From Nemertoderma westbladi (lineage: Eukaryota > Animalia > Xenacoelomorpha), in assembly GCA_032718475.1 (NCBI GenBank), contig JAUCBJ010003445.1:1-39588 (forward strand): DNA of 39,588 nucleotides, given 5' to 3'. The notes under the pieces were generated by a model that saw only the letters and a list, made by a program, of their open reading frames with translations, ran no database searches and had not been told where the DNA came from. Below, piece by piece: positions 24,440-34,551 of the stretch (within the stretch, counting starts at the first letter, position 1; each line of letters starts with the position of its first letter). A program made the position numbers and the translations under genes.

Positions 24440-25343
24440 ACGGTATCTATACGGTATCTCCGCTATAAATTTTGCATTGTGCAATAATTTGTTTTGTACT
24501 GATGTCTCTCATGTGGGTAATTTAGAATCCTTCGCGTATAATCTGACAGAAGCGGTGAATGTCGTTTCCCAGAGACATCCCGGTCCCTCTCCTCCTGATA
24601 GTAAGACAGAATCACAGGTAATGCCCGGTTGGAGCGAGTATGTGCCCGAAAATTTACGTTACGGTGGAAATTTCTAACATTAGTACATCTGTAGATGGTG
24701 TCAATGACCCCAATGGTATTTCTAATAAATTTGCTTCCATTTACTATCAGCTTTTCAATTAGAATTATAATGATGATATGTCTCAACTGGAATCTCATAT
24801 TAATGATGATATTGATAAGTTAAATACGGAGGATATTGAATGGATTACTCCCCAGTTAGTTTCAGAAGCTCCAGCCCAGAAAGTCCGACGTCTCCGGTGA
24901 TTTTAATTACGATTGTTTCTTGAATGCTACGGATGTGTTATCTCAGCCATTTTGTTTGTGTAAATGCTTGTCTTGTGCACGGTTTTGTCCCAAAGTTTTT
25001 TCTCATGTCCTTTGTTAGTCAACCTTTTTTAGGTTATGGTTTTATCTCAAGGTGCCCTTGAGGTAGACGAACTCCAGTTTGGCTTTCAAAAAGGGTTTGA
25101 GTGCTACGTCTTGTGGTTGGGCAGCTAGATAGGTGATACCGTTCTATTCTAGATTTTCCACTCCGGTCTACGGCTGTTTTTGGATTCATCCAAAGCGTTT
25201 GATGTGGTCAATTGTGTTTCTGGGACTGATTAAGAAGGACTTATCCTTTCTCTTTCTAAGAGCGTTAATATTTATGTATCGCGGGCAAACATGTTGTGTT
25301 ACATGGGATTCCTCAAAATCACAGGAATTTTCGGTCTCTAACG
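24440..25343 (+). mobile_element. Degraded non-LTR retrotransposon (CR1/L2-group LINE) ORF2/RT fragment in the Hsp110 intron
   Basis: Frame-broken motifs PGWSEYV, VDGVNDPNGISNKFA, DELQFGFQKG, PVYGCF.DSSKAFDVV and MYRGQTCCVTWDSSKSQEFSVSN; truncated before the usual GVxQG. Confidence 0.82.
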
Positions 25344-25764
25344 CTGACTCCGACAATCCAACTGGCATCGAAGCTTTATATGCAATAGCAACACGATTTT
25401 AACGATCCCCCAGGGGTGTGTTCCAGAACTTTTTTTAATTACTACTTGACTCGAACAAAGTTAAAAGTGTGCATTATCTGTACTATAATGAAGTGTTGGA
25501 GAGTTCAGATAATTTTAAAAATTAATTAAATATCATATATTATAAATAACTTTAGAGATTATTAACGATAATATCTATCATTTGGGAAGTATAACCAATA
25601 CGACAGCATGTTTTAATCTACAGTTCTAATAATGTAGTACTATAAAAAACAAATAGCTATTAATACAAAAGTAAAAGTAATTTTTATTTACTAGTCGTTA
25701 GTATTTCGATTTGTGGAGAGTTTTTATTTATACAAACTAATTTCCCTTCTATTCTACACCCCAG

Positions 25765-27660
25765 GTGATTCACACCGCGTCCGACCCGAATCTGGGTGGT
25801 CGGGATTTCGATCGGGTTCTCCTCTGCCACTTCATCGAGGAATTCGACACGAAGTTCCGGATAAAGACGCGGAGCCATCCTCGGTACGTGTTGCGCCTGG
25901 CAACCGAGTGCGAGAAACTCAAGAAGTTAATGAGCGCCAACGTGAACGCGTTGCCGCTAAACATCGAGTGTTTTGTGAACGACGTGGACGTATCGGGGCG
26001 GATGAGTCGGTCGGAGTTCGAGGGTCTGTGCGAGGGGTTGCTGTCCCGGGTGGAGCGAGTCCTAGCGGATGGGCTGGCGACCAGCGGGCTGGCAGTCGGC
26101 GATATCCACTCGGTCGAGATCGTAGGCGGCTCCACCCGGATTCCCGCCGTCAAACAGATCATCTCGAGGGTGTTCCAGCACCCCCCGAGCACCACGCTCA
26201 ACACGGACGAGTCGGTGGCCCGCGGCTGCGCCTTGCAATGCGCCGTGCTCAGTCCCACCTTCCTGGTGCGGGAGTTCAGCGTCCGGGACGTGGCTCACTA
26301 CCCGGTGACTCTCCGCTGGGGTTCCGCGGAGTCCGACGGCGGGGGCGACATGGAGATCTTCTCGGAGCGCCACGAGGTACCCTGCACCTCGATGCTCACC
26401 TTCTTCCGGCGGAAACCCTTCGATATTTTCGCCTGTTACTCCTTCCCCAACGCGATTCCCTACCACTCGGCTAATATCGGTAAGTTTACGGTGAACAACG
26501 TGGTTCCTCAGCCCAATGGGGAGTCGTCCAAGGTGAAGGTAAAGGTTAGAATCAACCTGCACGGGGTGTTTAATGTGGATTCCGCGCAGTTAGTGGAGAA
26601 ACCGGAGGCGGAACCGGTCGTGGAAGAGGTTGACACGGTTATGGACGAGGCGGTAGATGGGGTTGATAAGAATGTCGATGAATCTGATAAAGCGTCGGAT
26701 TCAATTGATAATAGCCCTGAGGAAAATGTCGCAGATAAAGGGGATTTAGAGAATCATGTTGATGTGCCAATGGACGCCGACAAGGTGGACGCGAAGGTCA
26801 ATGGGAGTCCGAAAAAGGCGGGAAATAACAGCCAATCAGAATCCAAGAGTCCCGGAGGGAAACCGAAAGAAAAGCCAAAGAAAAAGAAATCAAAATACAT
26901 CGATCTGGGTGTCACCGCAACTACCAGCTTCAGTATCGACGATTCGGTTCTCAATCAGCTGGTGGAGAGAGAGTTACAAATCCAGAGCAACAACAGGTTG
27001 GAGAGAGAAAGAGCCGACGCAAAGAACTCCGTGGAGGAGTATGTGTACGGGATGCGAGACAAACTGGGTGACAAGTTTACTGAGTTTATAAAGCAGACGG
27101 ATAAGGAGGTGTTTATGGGGCGGCTGGAAGCCACGGAGAACTGGTTGTACGAGGACGGTGAGGACTGCGCCAAGCAGGTGTACGTCGATAAACTGGACGA
27201 ATTGAAGCGCGTTGGCGACCCAGTGGGCTCCCGGTATAGGGAGTATCAGCTGCGGCCACGGGCGTTCGAGGATCTGGGCCAGGCGTGTCAGCGTTACCGC
27301 AAGTTCGTAGATAGGTTCAACTCTGAGGACGCTGAGTTGAGTCATGTAGACAAAGAGGAAGCCGCTAAGGTAGAGAAGGCTGTGGAGGAGAGTGCGCAAT
27401 GGATGCATAACCACTTGCAGAGCTTCGCGAACGCGGCTATGTACGATGATCCGTGCGTTACTTACTCCGAGATTGGGACCCACACGCGGTCGCTAGTTAG
27501 TCGTTGCGATCCCGTCGTTAATAAACCCAAACCGAAGCCGGTCGAACCGCCACCCCCGCCCCCAGAGCAACCCGTAGCCGAAGACAATGCGGATAGTAAG
27601 GAGAACGGCGTTACAGAGGAGAAGGTAGATGATAAACCGAACGACATGGATCTCGATTAG
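25765..27660 (+). CDS. HSPA4: Hsp110/Hsp70-4 family chaperone, coding exon 2 (about 851 aa in total)
   Basis: Acceptor ttctacaccccag|GTG at 25764. LGGRDFD, CEKLKKLMSAN, VEIVGGSTRIP, ARGCALQCAVLSPTF, acidic insertion, DAKNSVEEYVY, TENWLYEDGED and C-terminal DMDLD. Confidence 0.96.
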   Translation: MIHTASDPNLGGRDFDRVLLCHFIEEFDTKFRIKTRSHPRYVLRLATECEKLKKLMSANVNALPLNIECFVNDVDVSGRMSRSEFEGLCEGLLSRVERVLADGLATSGLAVGDIHSVEIVGGSTRIPAVKQIISRVFQHPPSTTLNTDESVARGCALQCAVLSPTFLVREFSVRDVAHYPVTLRWGSAESDGGGDMEIFSERHEVPCTSMLTFFRRKPFDIFACYSFPNAIPYHSANIGKFTVNNVVPQPNGESSKVKVKVRINLHGVFNVDSAQLVEKPEAEPVVEEVDTVMDEAVDGVDKNVDESDKASDSIDNSPEENVADKGDLENHVDVPMDADKVDAKVNGSPKKAGNNSQSESKSPGGKPKEKPKKKKSKYIDLGVTATTSFSIDDSVLNQLVERELQIQSNNRLERERADAKNSVEEYVYGMRDKLGDKFTEFIKQTDKEVFMGRLEATENWLYEDGEDCAKQVYVDKLDELKRVGDPVGSRYREYQLRPRAFEDLGQACQRYRKFVDRFNSEDAELSHVDKEEAAKVEKAVEESAQWMHNHLQSFANAAMYDDPCVTYSEIGTHTRSLVSRCDPVVNKPKPKPVEPPPPPPEQPVAEDNADSKENGVTEEKVDDKPNDMDLD

Positions 27661-27947
27661 ACTGAGTAGGTAGATTCATTTGATGTTGACGTTGTAGATA
27701 AACTTAGGGATGTGAGATTTCCTATTGATATTATCTATAAACCGCTTTGTTAGTTTTCCGTATTAGTTTTCCGTAGGACCTCATGGCAATAACTAAATGG
27801 GAAACTCAACTAATTTATAAAATTGTTGAGACATGGGAATGTAAATTTGGGTTTTATTTTTGTGATTTAATTTATTTTAAACCAGATTTTTACTTTCCGA
27901 TACTCGACGAGATATTTGTCATATTTGTTTGGGAAATATTGTAAAAT

Positions 27948-29219
27948 TAGGGATGTGCCGGATTGACCATTTTCAAACCGGCCAGGCCGGAGCCGGATTT
28001 GTAAAAAAAATCCGGCCGGAATTCCGGCCAAAGCCGGATTTGTTTTATAAGTCACACTTTTCCTTAATCAACTATGGTATGTTTGCATGAAGAGAACTGG
28101 AGGGGGGGGGGGGGGGGGGGGTAGCGTGTCATTTGCTCTTTTAGGCGTTAGGTCCTGCGTCGACAGATACGGGACCTAACGTGCTGCTGATCGCGATCAG
28201 CAAAGGCCATGAAAATGACTTTGACTTCATTAATATTATGAATTCAGAAGTAGATAAAGTATGTCAATTATCCCAACTAAAGGGGACGAGTTGCAAATAA
28301 GGAATCATTTCCTATGTTACAAACACTTACGTACGTAAATATTTAGTATCACCAGCGTCTTCAATTTATTCCGAGTGAATATTTGTAGAGGCTGGTAATG
28401 TATTTGATGAGAACCGCTCTCGTCTACTTCCAGATCGTGGAGATAAACTAATATTTTTGCACCATAACCTACGCCGATTTGATGTTTGCTAATTTTATAT
28501 AATGGATTGATTGGATATTATTAAATGTTAAATATGAAAATGAAATGAAATAAAGTGCAAATTCAAAAATAGAACGAAGTAATAATAGCTGTAGTTTTTT
28601 ATACTCTCTAAGTTTAAATTGGTTTTACTAAGAGTTTCTAAATTGCCTCTCGAATATCTAAACTGGTCATTCACGGTGGTCATAACAAACCTAGCTAGAC
28701 CAAACTCAACGCTTGCGCGCTGGGACAATATAATAATTATTGACTATATAGTTATAATTAGTATATATGGGCAAACCTGTCCCATACTATTACATACTAA
28801 TTAAGTGTTTGTGAGGCTGAGCCCAACCAAATACAAATATTCTTGGCAAAATTAGTCACTCAGCTCAGCATGTAGATAGTCATAAAATGAAGACTGCTTT
28901 AATATTCATAATATGAATGAATATGATACAATCGTATTAAACAAATGATAAAAATAAAAATGAAAACATTGTATTGTATCACATTCTATTTGTTAACATT
29001 AGCAAATAGAATGGAATACAATTGTTTAAATTTGTTTGAATTTAAAAGAAAATGTTTGGATGTTTTTTTTTAATTTACATTAATTATAAATTTTGTCAAC
29101 AATTCGTTGAAATGGAAATCCGGCCAAAGCATTGAAATCCGACCGGAGCCGTAACCGGATTTTTTTTTCTCAAAATCCGGCCGGAATTCCGGCCCGGCCG
29201 GATATCCGGCACACCCCTA
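27948..29219 (+). mobile_element. Internally deleted hAT transposon (1272 bp)
   Basis: TIR tagggatgtgccggat / reverse complement taggggtgtgccggat (15/16). TSD gtaaaat / gtaaaaat (8 bp with one A indel). Subterminal ccgg repeats and a transposase C-terminal remnant inside. Confidence 0.9.
28334..28492 (+). pseudogene. hAT transposase C-terminal dimerisation-domain remnant
   Basis: RKYLVSPASSIYSE*IFVEAGNVFDENRSRLLPDRGDKLIFLHHNL fits the hAT pattern PASS..SER.FS.AG......RSRL......LIFL..N, with an in-frame TGA at the Arg. Confidence 0.88.
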
Positions 29220-29682
29220 GTAAAAATTATTATATAATAAATTACAGAATTGTCCTTGAAAAAAACTAACAGATTTTTTTCTGTCTCCGGTTCATAAGGA
29301 TCCCATAATGTTTTCCGGTTAATGAGTTAAAATAATTTAATGTAGCCAAAGCCAAACGATCGGATATTTATCTTTAACTTTGTTATAATCTGGAAATCCT
29401 ACATTCCTAAGTTATATGATCCAAATATTCTGTGCTGTATTATTAATTAGTTAATTAATAGCAGTTTCACGTATTTCTTTATATTCTTATTCTGAACTCG
29501 TTGTGTTTACTATCCAATGTGCGTTATTGCTAATTATTATAATTCTCTTGTTATCGTCTTAAAAGTTTAAACTTAAACTAAATAAAAAATATTTTTCTTG
29601 TTCTACTATTCCCTTTCATCCCAACTCGAACTTATCATGTTGTTAAAACTTAAATATGTCGATTGAAACTGATTTATATAAT

Positions 29683-29950
29683 ACCTTGGTGTAGTGGTTG
29701 CATTGAATTCACATCTCCCGTAGGTCGTGGGTTCGATCCTCACATGGGCCAGGGCAGTTTTCGTTTCGGCACGAATGCTTTAAAGGGACCAGCCAGGGCG
29801 CATCTCAGCCTTGCATCCTTAAGTGGTAGCTAAATGAGTACTGGAGTTTCCTCTAGGGAGTAAAGTTCTGGGGGGACCGCACTGGAAATAAGTCGTCAGA
29901 CTTTGTGCGTAATCCCTGGCCTAACGACCGAAGGAAGAAAATTAACTTTT
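29683..29950 (+). mobile_element. tRNA-derived SINE with Deu/Nin-like core and LINE-like tail
   Basis: Pol III A box tggtgtagtgg (29687-29697) and B box ggttcgatcc (29730-29739). Core ctcagccttgcatccttaagtggtagctaaatgagtac (from 29804) resembles the Deu/Nin domain as recalled. 3' tggaaataag...gacttt tail. Confidence 0.8.
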
Positions 29951-30180
29951 TTTACATTACATTTATTGAGGGACAACTGGACATGTTTTATTTCTTTAAG
30001 TTAACACTTATGCAAGAATTACTTACAGTATAACATACATTTAGAAAATAGACTCTTAACGAAATTGAAACCTCACGATTATTACAAAATTACAAATAAA
30101 ATAACACAAATTCTACCCCGACGACAGCAACAATTGTTTTTAAATATTTATATCTTAATTAATAATGAGAACGCGATTGT

Positions 30181-30380
30181 TTATTCGTTGTAACCTGGAG
30201 ACGTGTACATGTTGGCTATGTCACCGAACTCCGAGTTTTGTGCATCACCATGATTACGATGTTGGTGGGATACAGTGGTTTGTGGGGGGTATGGTTGATG
30301 ATTGACAGGTTCGTACAAGGATCGAATCATATCGGAATACTCAAAGGAACTGCTGGGGTAGGTCCAAGAAGGGGCCACGC
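30181..30380 (-). CDS. Putative terminal coding exon (Pro/His/Ser/Tyr-rich, ~65 aa) of a minus-strand gene
   Basis: Acceptor atttatatttttag at 30381; GC-richer open frame ending in TAA; two AATAAA on the minus strand about 190-220 nt downstream (~29990, ~29965). Confidence 0.5.
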
Positions 30381-31990
30381 CTAAAAATATAAATTATAGG
30401 TTACGGCGAAATATTCGGGATTAATCAATAATTGATATCGTGGATGTTCTGGTCAAATACATCAATAAGGACCTGTAGGATACAACTTAAAGGGATCAAA
30501 TAGTGCGGTTTAAAGATTAATGAAAACAACATCCGATAAAGAATAAATAGATTAGCCAAATTGGTTTTTGGGTTTTAATTTCTTAATTCGTGTATTCAGA
30601 CACCATGTGGGTGAACCGTATGATAAATAGGTTGTTGATGTTCACACATCAGAGGCAGGTAAAACAAACTCAGCAGACTGCACACATGCGAATTTTGGGG
30701 GGTAACTTATTATTTTTTGGACATATTATTCAATTCGGATAAGCGTTCCCAACTTCACAAATGTTTTTCTCAAATGCGGCAATTGTGTTGCTGACGCTGA
30801 GGTGCCCCGTGTTGCTGACGCTGAGGTGCCCCGTCGCTTTACTGAAATGCAAAAAACAAAGAAATTGAAAAAATGTTAAGAACATTTGAGATTTATGGAA
30901 GATTTTAACATCTAGCATTTTCAATTTAGCAAATGATTTAATCAAACTTAAATGGTTCGCAAAATTTTAAGTACTATTATTCCATTTAGCACAAATTCCG
31001 TCCAAAACAATGAAAATTTGATTCGAGCTATTGGTACAGATAATATGTCATGTACTTTTTATTATTTTTACTGACAATTAATGCTTAACAATATACATAA
31101 TAGCAACCATCTTTATTTAGCATTTATCGACTAATTATGCTAAATTGTATCAAATCTATACAAACCCAACGCATGTTGTGTTGGCCTACGTTTTTAATAT
31201 AATTTCTGCAACATTTTTAATATATGTTCTGCAGTCTTAGTGAACCGCTGCCACATAAAAATGTTTATCATATTCAATAAAAGCGTTTATATTATTTACA
31301 ATATAGACATTTCATGTACAGTATATATTATATACATTTAATGAATGAAATTCAGATTCAGAAATCAATTTTATCATGTAAATCAAGCAATCATCTTATC
31401 AATCATCCAACGAAAATCCCTTAAAAATTAAAAAATTTTCAGTAATAATTTTACAGGTAGGCAGGCCTATCTATCATGTAGGGTACCGGCCCAAGTATGT
31501 ATATGTTTAGATGGGCTACTGAAGCACTGTAGGTAGTTGTAAAAACAAAACCTTTCCTATTCTTTTACTTTATAATTCATTATTTTTGTTTTTGGCAAAA
31601 ATTGTATATTTTTATACAATTTTACAGATTTTAAGCTGCAGGGCTTATAAATTCAGATATAGTAAATCCCAAAAAATCCCGATATATTTCCATCGGAACG
31701 GGAACGGGATTAGAATTTTCCATCGGGATCCCCATTTTCGGGATCTGGATCCGGTTGCAACACTAGTCTATATATTTAGCCTGATTGGCTAAATACTGAA
31801 CCTCGATATGACTCGACTGAATTACTAACTAAATTAAAACGAATAAAGTAAGTGATGTAGTTGTAATGGATAAAGAGCCCGTCTTCTTACTGAATAGGTC
31901 CGTTTGAGGTACCGCTAAACCACAACCCCTATTCGATAAGTATATAACAGGGTTTCCCTATGGGAACTATAGCTAGGGGACGGTAATTTA

Positions 31991-32390
31991 GGGCCAGCTT
32001 CCGCGCTGCTTTTTATATGCGGTATTCTGAGTATTTTTTAGATGTTTCTCTAGCTTTTTTTTGAGCTTTTTTCCACGCTTGTTATGCCTTTTCTAACGTT
32101 AAGTTAAAATGGAGATATAACAAGATTGTTCTTGACTTAGATAATTATGATGTTTGACCCAGATTTTTTTCAAGCTTTTTTTGAGCTTCTTTTCAAGCTT
32201 TTTTTGAGCTTCTTTTTCTCAAGCTTTTTTGAGCTTCTTTTTTTCAAGCTTTTTTGGAGCATTGTTCTATATTTTAGGTTTAAAATTCCAAAATTCTCCG
32301 ATTCATCGTGAAGCAATGAATTTCTAGAAATTGTTTTAACTAAAAAGAGCTTGAAAAAAAGCTCAAAAAAAGCAGCGCGGAAACGGGCCT
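31991..32390. mobile_element. 400-bp PIF/Harbinger-like (Tourist-type) MITE
   Basis: TIR gggccagcttccgcgctgcttttt / reverse complement aggcccgtttccgcgctgcttttt. Flanks tta / ata. Internal agcttttttg repeats. Confidence 0.78.
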
Positions 32391-33002
32391 ATAAGGAGGT
32401 GAAAGCTGCATCTATCAATGTTTATTTGGTTCCAATAGATCGTAATATAATAACACAAAAAAACCCACAATTATTGAGGGAAACACAAGCTATAAATATA
32501 GCCCATTGATTCAGTGTTCTGGAATATATATAAATTTACTGAGGGGTCAAATTAGCTAAATGATGAACTAAAACAACGAATTGTATTGATAATGAAGTGG
32601 CATGGGGTATAAGGCCTGCATACAAAAATACCAAATGCTACAACTGACAGCCACAGCTAATAAAGACAAAATAATTATATGAAACTGTAATCGGAGAATA
32701 AATTCTTGACTCTCGGTTATTGTTTTGGCTAGGATTATTAATTAGTTAATAATGGTTGTCAGTTGTTGGCATAGCGTCTACACCACACCACACCGCCACT
32801 TAATATCGGAGTAAACACCCCATTGATTACTCTTCATTATTCAGTTGCAATGTTTTGGTAAAAAGTTAGTTTATAATATGAGAAAAAACCCTGGCCCAGT
32901 TTATATATCAACAGTTCAATAGCGGTTTACCCCAAATCTATACCAAACAGTGAGTTTGATCTTGCAGCATTAGACTCATCGATCTAGCACGTTTCCCTCC
33001 CA

Positions 33003-33645
33003 CTACTCGTTTTCCGACACCAATTTCCATGAATGATCCTTTCGCCAGTAACCATCATCCTGTTTTATGAACCTCCATATCTTACCATCGGAACGGACAC
33101 TATAACCTATAGTTTCCTCCTCTCCTTTTTCTTTAATATCTTTGTTCAAGCGATTCGCTAATTTCCACTGTGAGCGCCAATTAATTTTCTCCTTCCTTGA
33201 ATATCGGTATTTTTTCTCCTTTCCTACTTTAGATTTAGTCTTCAAGGGTGTAAATGTCATTGCAGGATAACAATTATCCGATTGACATTTACCAATCTTG
33301 GGTTGTTTGTTAGAGGTAGCCAGTTAGAGGTAGCCAGTTAGAGGTAGCCAGTTAGAGGTAGCCAGTTAGAGGTAGCCAGTTAGAGGTAGCCAGTTAGAGG
33401 TAGCCAGTTAGAGGTAGCCAGTTAGAGGTAGCCAGTTAGAGGTAGCCAGTTAGAGGTAGCCAGTTAGAGGTAGCCAGTTAGAGGTAGCCAGTTAGAGGTA
33501 GCCAGTTAGAGGTAGCCAGTTAGAGGTAGCCAGTTAGAGGTAGCCAGTTAGAGGTAGCCAGTGCATATTGGTTATTTTCTATGCTGTCCTGGTTGGATAA
33601 AGTAGTTCTTAAACTTCGGTTATTTTCTGTGCAGTCCTGGTTTGA
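33003..33645 (-). pseudogene. Disrupted 3' continuation of the PCED1-like locus (third Trp/basic module)
   Basis: The frame continues past TAA 33646 (TTA changed to TAA by comparison with repeat units), is broken by the 14-bp array, then resumes as ORF 33003-33260, homologous to 36080-36330 and 34245-34470. Confidence 0.75.
33309..33560. repeat. Perfect 14-bp minisatellite (gttagaggtagcca) x18
   Basis: 252 bp = 18 identical units; the homologous site at ~36373 has a single unit. Confidence 0.97.
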
Positions 33646-34200
33646 TTAAGTAAGTGTTAAACTTTGGTTATTTTCTGTAGAGTCCAGGTTGGATAAAGTA
33701 GTTGTTAAACTTAGGTTATTTTCTGTGCTGTCCTGGTTAGATAAAGTAGGTAAACTTTGGTTATTTTCTGTGCAGTCCTGGTTTGATAAAGTTGGGGTTA
33801 AACTTTGGTTATTTTCTGTGCTGTCCTGGTTGGATAATGTAGGTAAACTCTGGTTATTTTCTGTGCTGTCCTGGTTGGATAATGTAGGTAAACTTTGGTT
33901 ATTTTCTGTGCTGTCCAGGTTTGATAAAGTAGTTGTTAAACTTTGGTTACTTTCTATGCTGTCCTGGTTGGATAATGTAGGTAAACTTTGGTTATTTTCT
34001 GTGCAGTCCTGGTTTGATAAAGTTGGGGTTAAACTTTGGTTATTTTCTGTGCTGTCCTGGTTGGATAATGTAGGTAAACTTTGGTTATTTTCTGTGCTGT
34101 CCTGGTTGGATAATGTAGGTAAACTTTGGTTATTTTCTGTGCTGTCCTGGTTTGATAAAGTAGGTGTTAAACCTTGGTTATTTGCTGTCCATTCCATTTT
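33565..34200. repeat. 42/45/48-bp-class coding tandem repeat block (LSNQDSTENNQSL[T]PT)
   Basis: Repeated aaactttggttattttctgtgctgtcctggttggataa units. Confidence 0.93.
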
Positions 34201-34545
34201 AGATAAAGTAGGTATTAAATTTTGGTTAATCTTTTCGTTCATAGACTCCACTTTCCATAAGCAATCCTTTCGCCAGTAACCATCATCCTGTTTTATGAAC
34301 CTCCATATCTTACTATCTGAGCAGACGCCATAACTTATAGTTGGAATCTCTTCTTTATCTTTAATATCTTTGTTCAAGCGACTCACTATCTTCCACTGTG
34401 AGCGCCTAGTTATATTCCATTCCTTCCTTGAGTATCGGTCCATCGTCTCCTTTCCCACTTTAGATTTAATAGACATGGATGGTATATATGACACTGTAGG
34501 ACAAATATTGTCCAACTCGGACTTATGTAATAGGTTAGGTTTCAA
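33646..34545 (-). CDS. In-frame continuation of the PCED1-like locus: second Trp/basic module plus TPTLSNQDSTENNQSL repeats (coding status uncertain)
   Basis: Same frame as ORF 34552-37206, separated only by one TGA (34552-34554); no nearby ATG start. Confidence 0.5.
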   Translation of the reverse strand: MKPNLLHKSELDNICPTVSYIPSMSIKSKVGKETMDRYSRKEWNITRRSQWKIVSRLNKDIKDKEEIPTISYGVCSDSKIWRFIKQDDGYWRKDCLWKVESMNEKINQNLIPTLSKMEWTANNQGLTPTLSNQDSTENNQSLPTLSNQDSTENNQSLPTLSNQDSTENNQSLTPTLSNQDCTENNQSLPTLSNQDSIESNQSLTTTLSNLDSTENNQSLPTLSNQDSTENNQSLPTLSNQDSTENNQSLTPTLSNQDCTENNQSLPTLSNQDSTENNLSLTTTLSNLDSTENNQSLTLT

Positions 34546-34551
34546 ACGAAT

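Larger units (their letters stand above)
27701..29413. mobile_element. Outer inverted-repeat element (older MITE) hosting the hAT insertion, starting 40 bp after the Hsp110 stop
   Basis: aacttagggatgtgagatttcc (27701-27722) versus reverse complement of 29392-29413 aacttaggaatgtaggatttcc (19/22). No clear TSD. Confidence 0.55.

Noticed and set aside
25713-27647. Overlapping and antisense ORFs within Hsp110 exon 2 (similarly within API5)
   Set aside because: Expected by-products of GC-rich codon usage; no motifs.
29683-29750. tRNA gene
   Set aside because: A and B boxes are present but there is no proper cloverleaf or acceptor stem, and it continues into SINE core and tail.
30785-30832. 24-bp direct duplication gtgttgctgacgctgaggtgcccc
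   Set aside because: Two copies only; an ordinary slippage duplication.
31670-31765. hAT-like right end (ggatccggttgcaacacta with cggga repeats)
   Set aside because: No matching left TIR or TSD found, so element limits cannot be defined.
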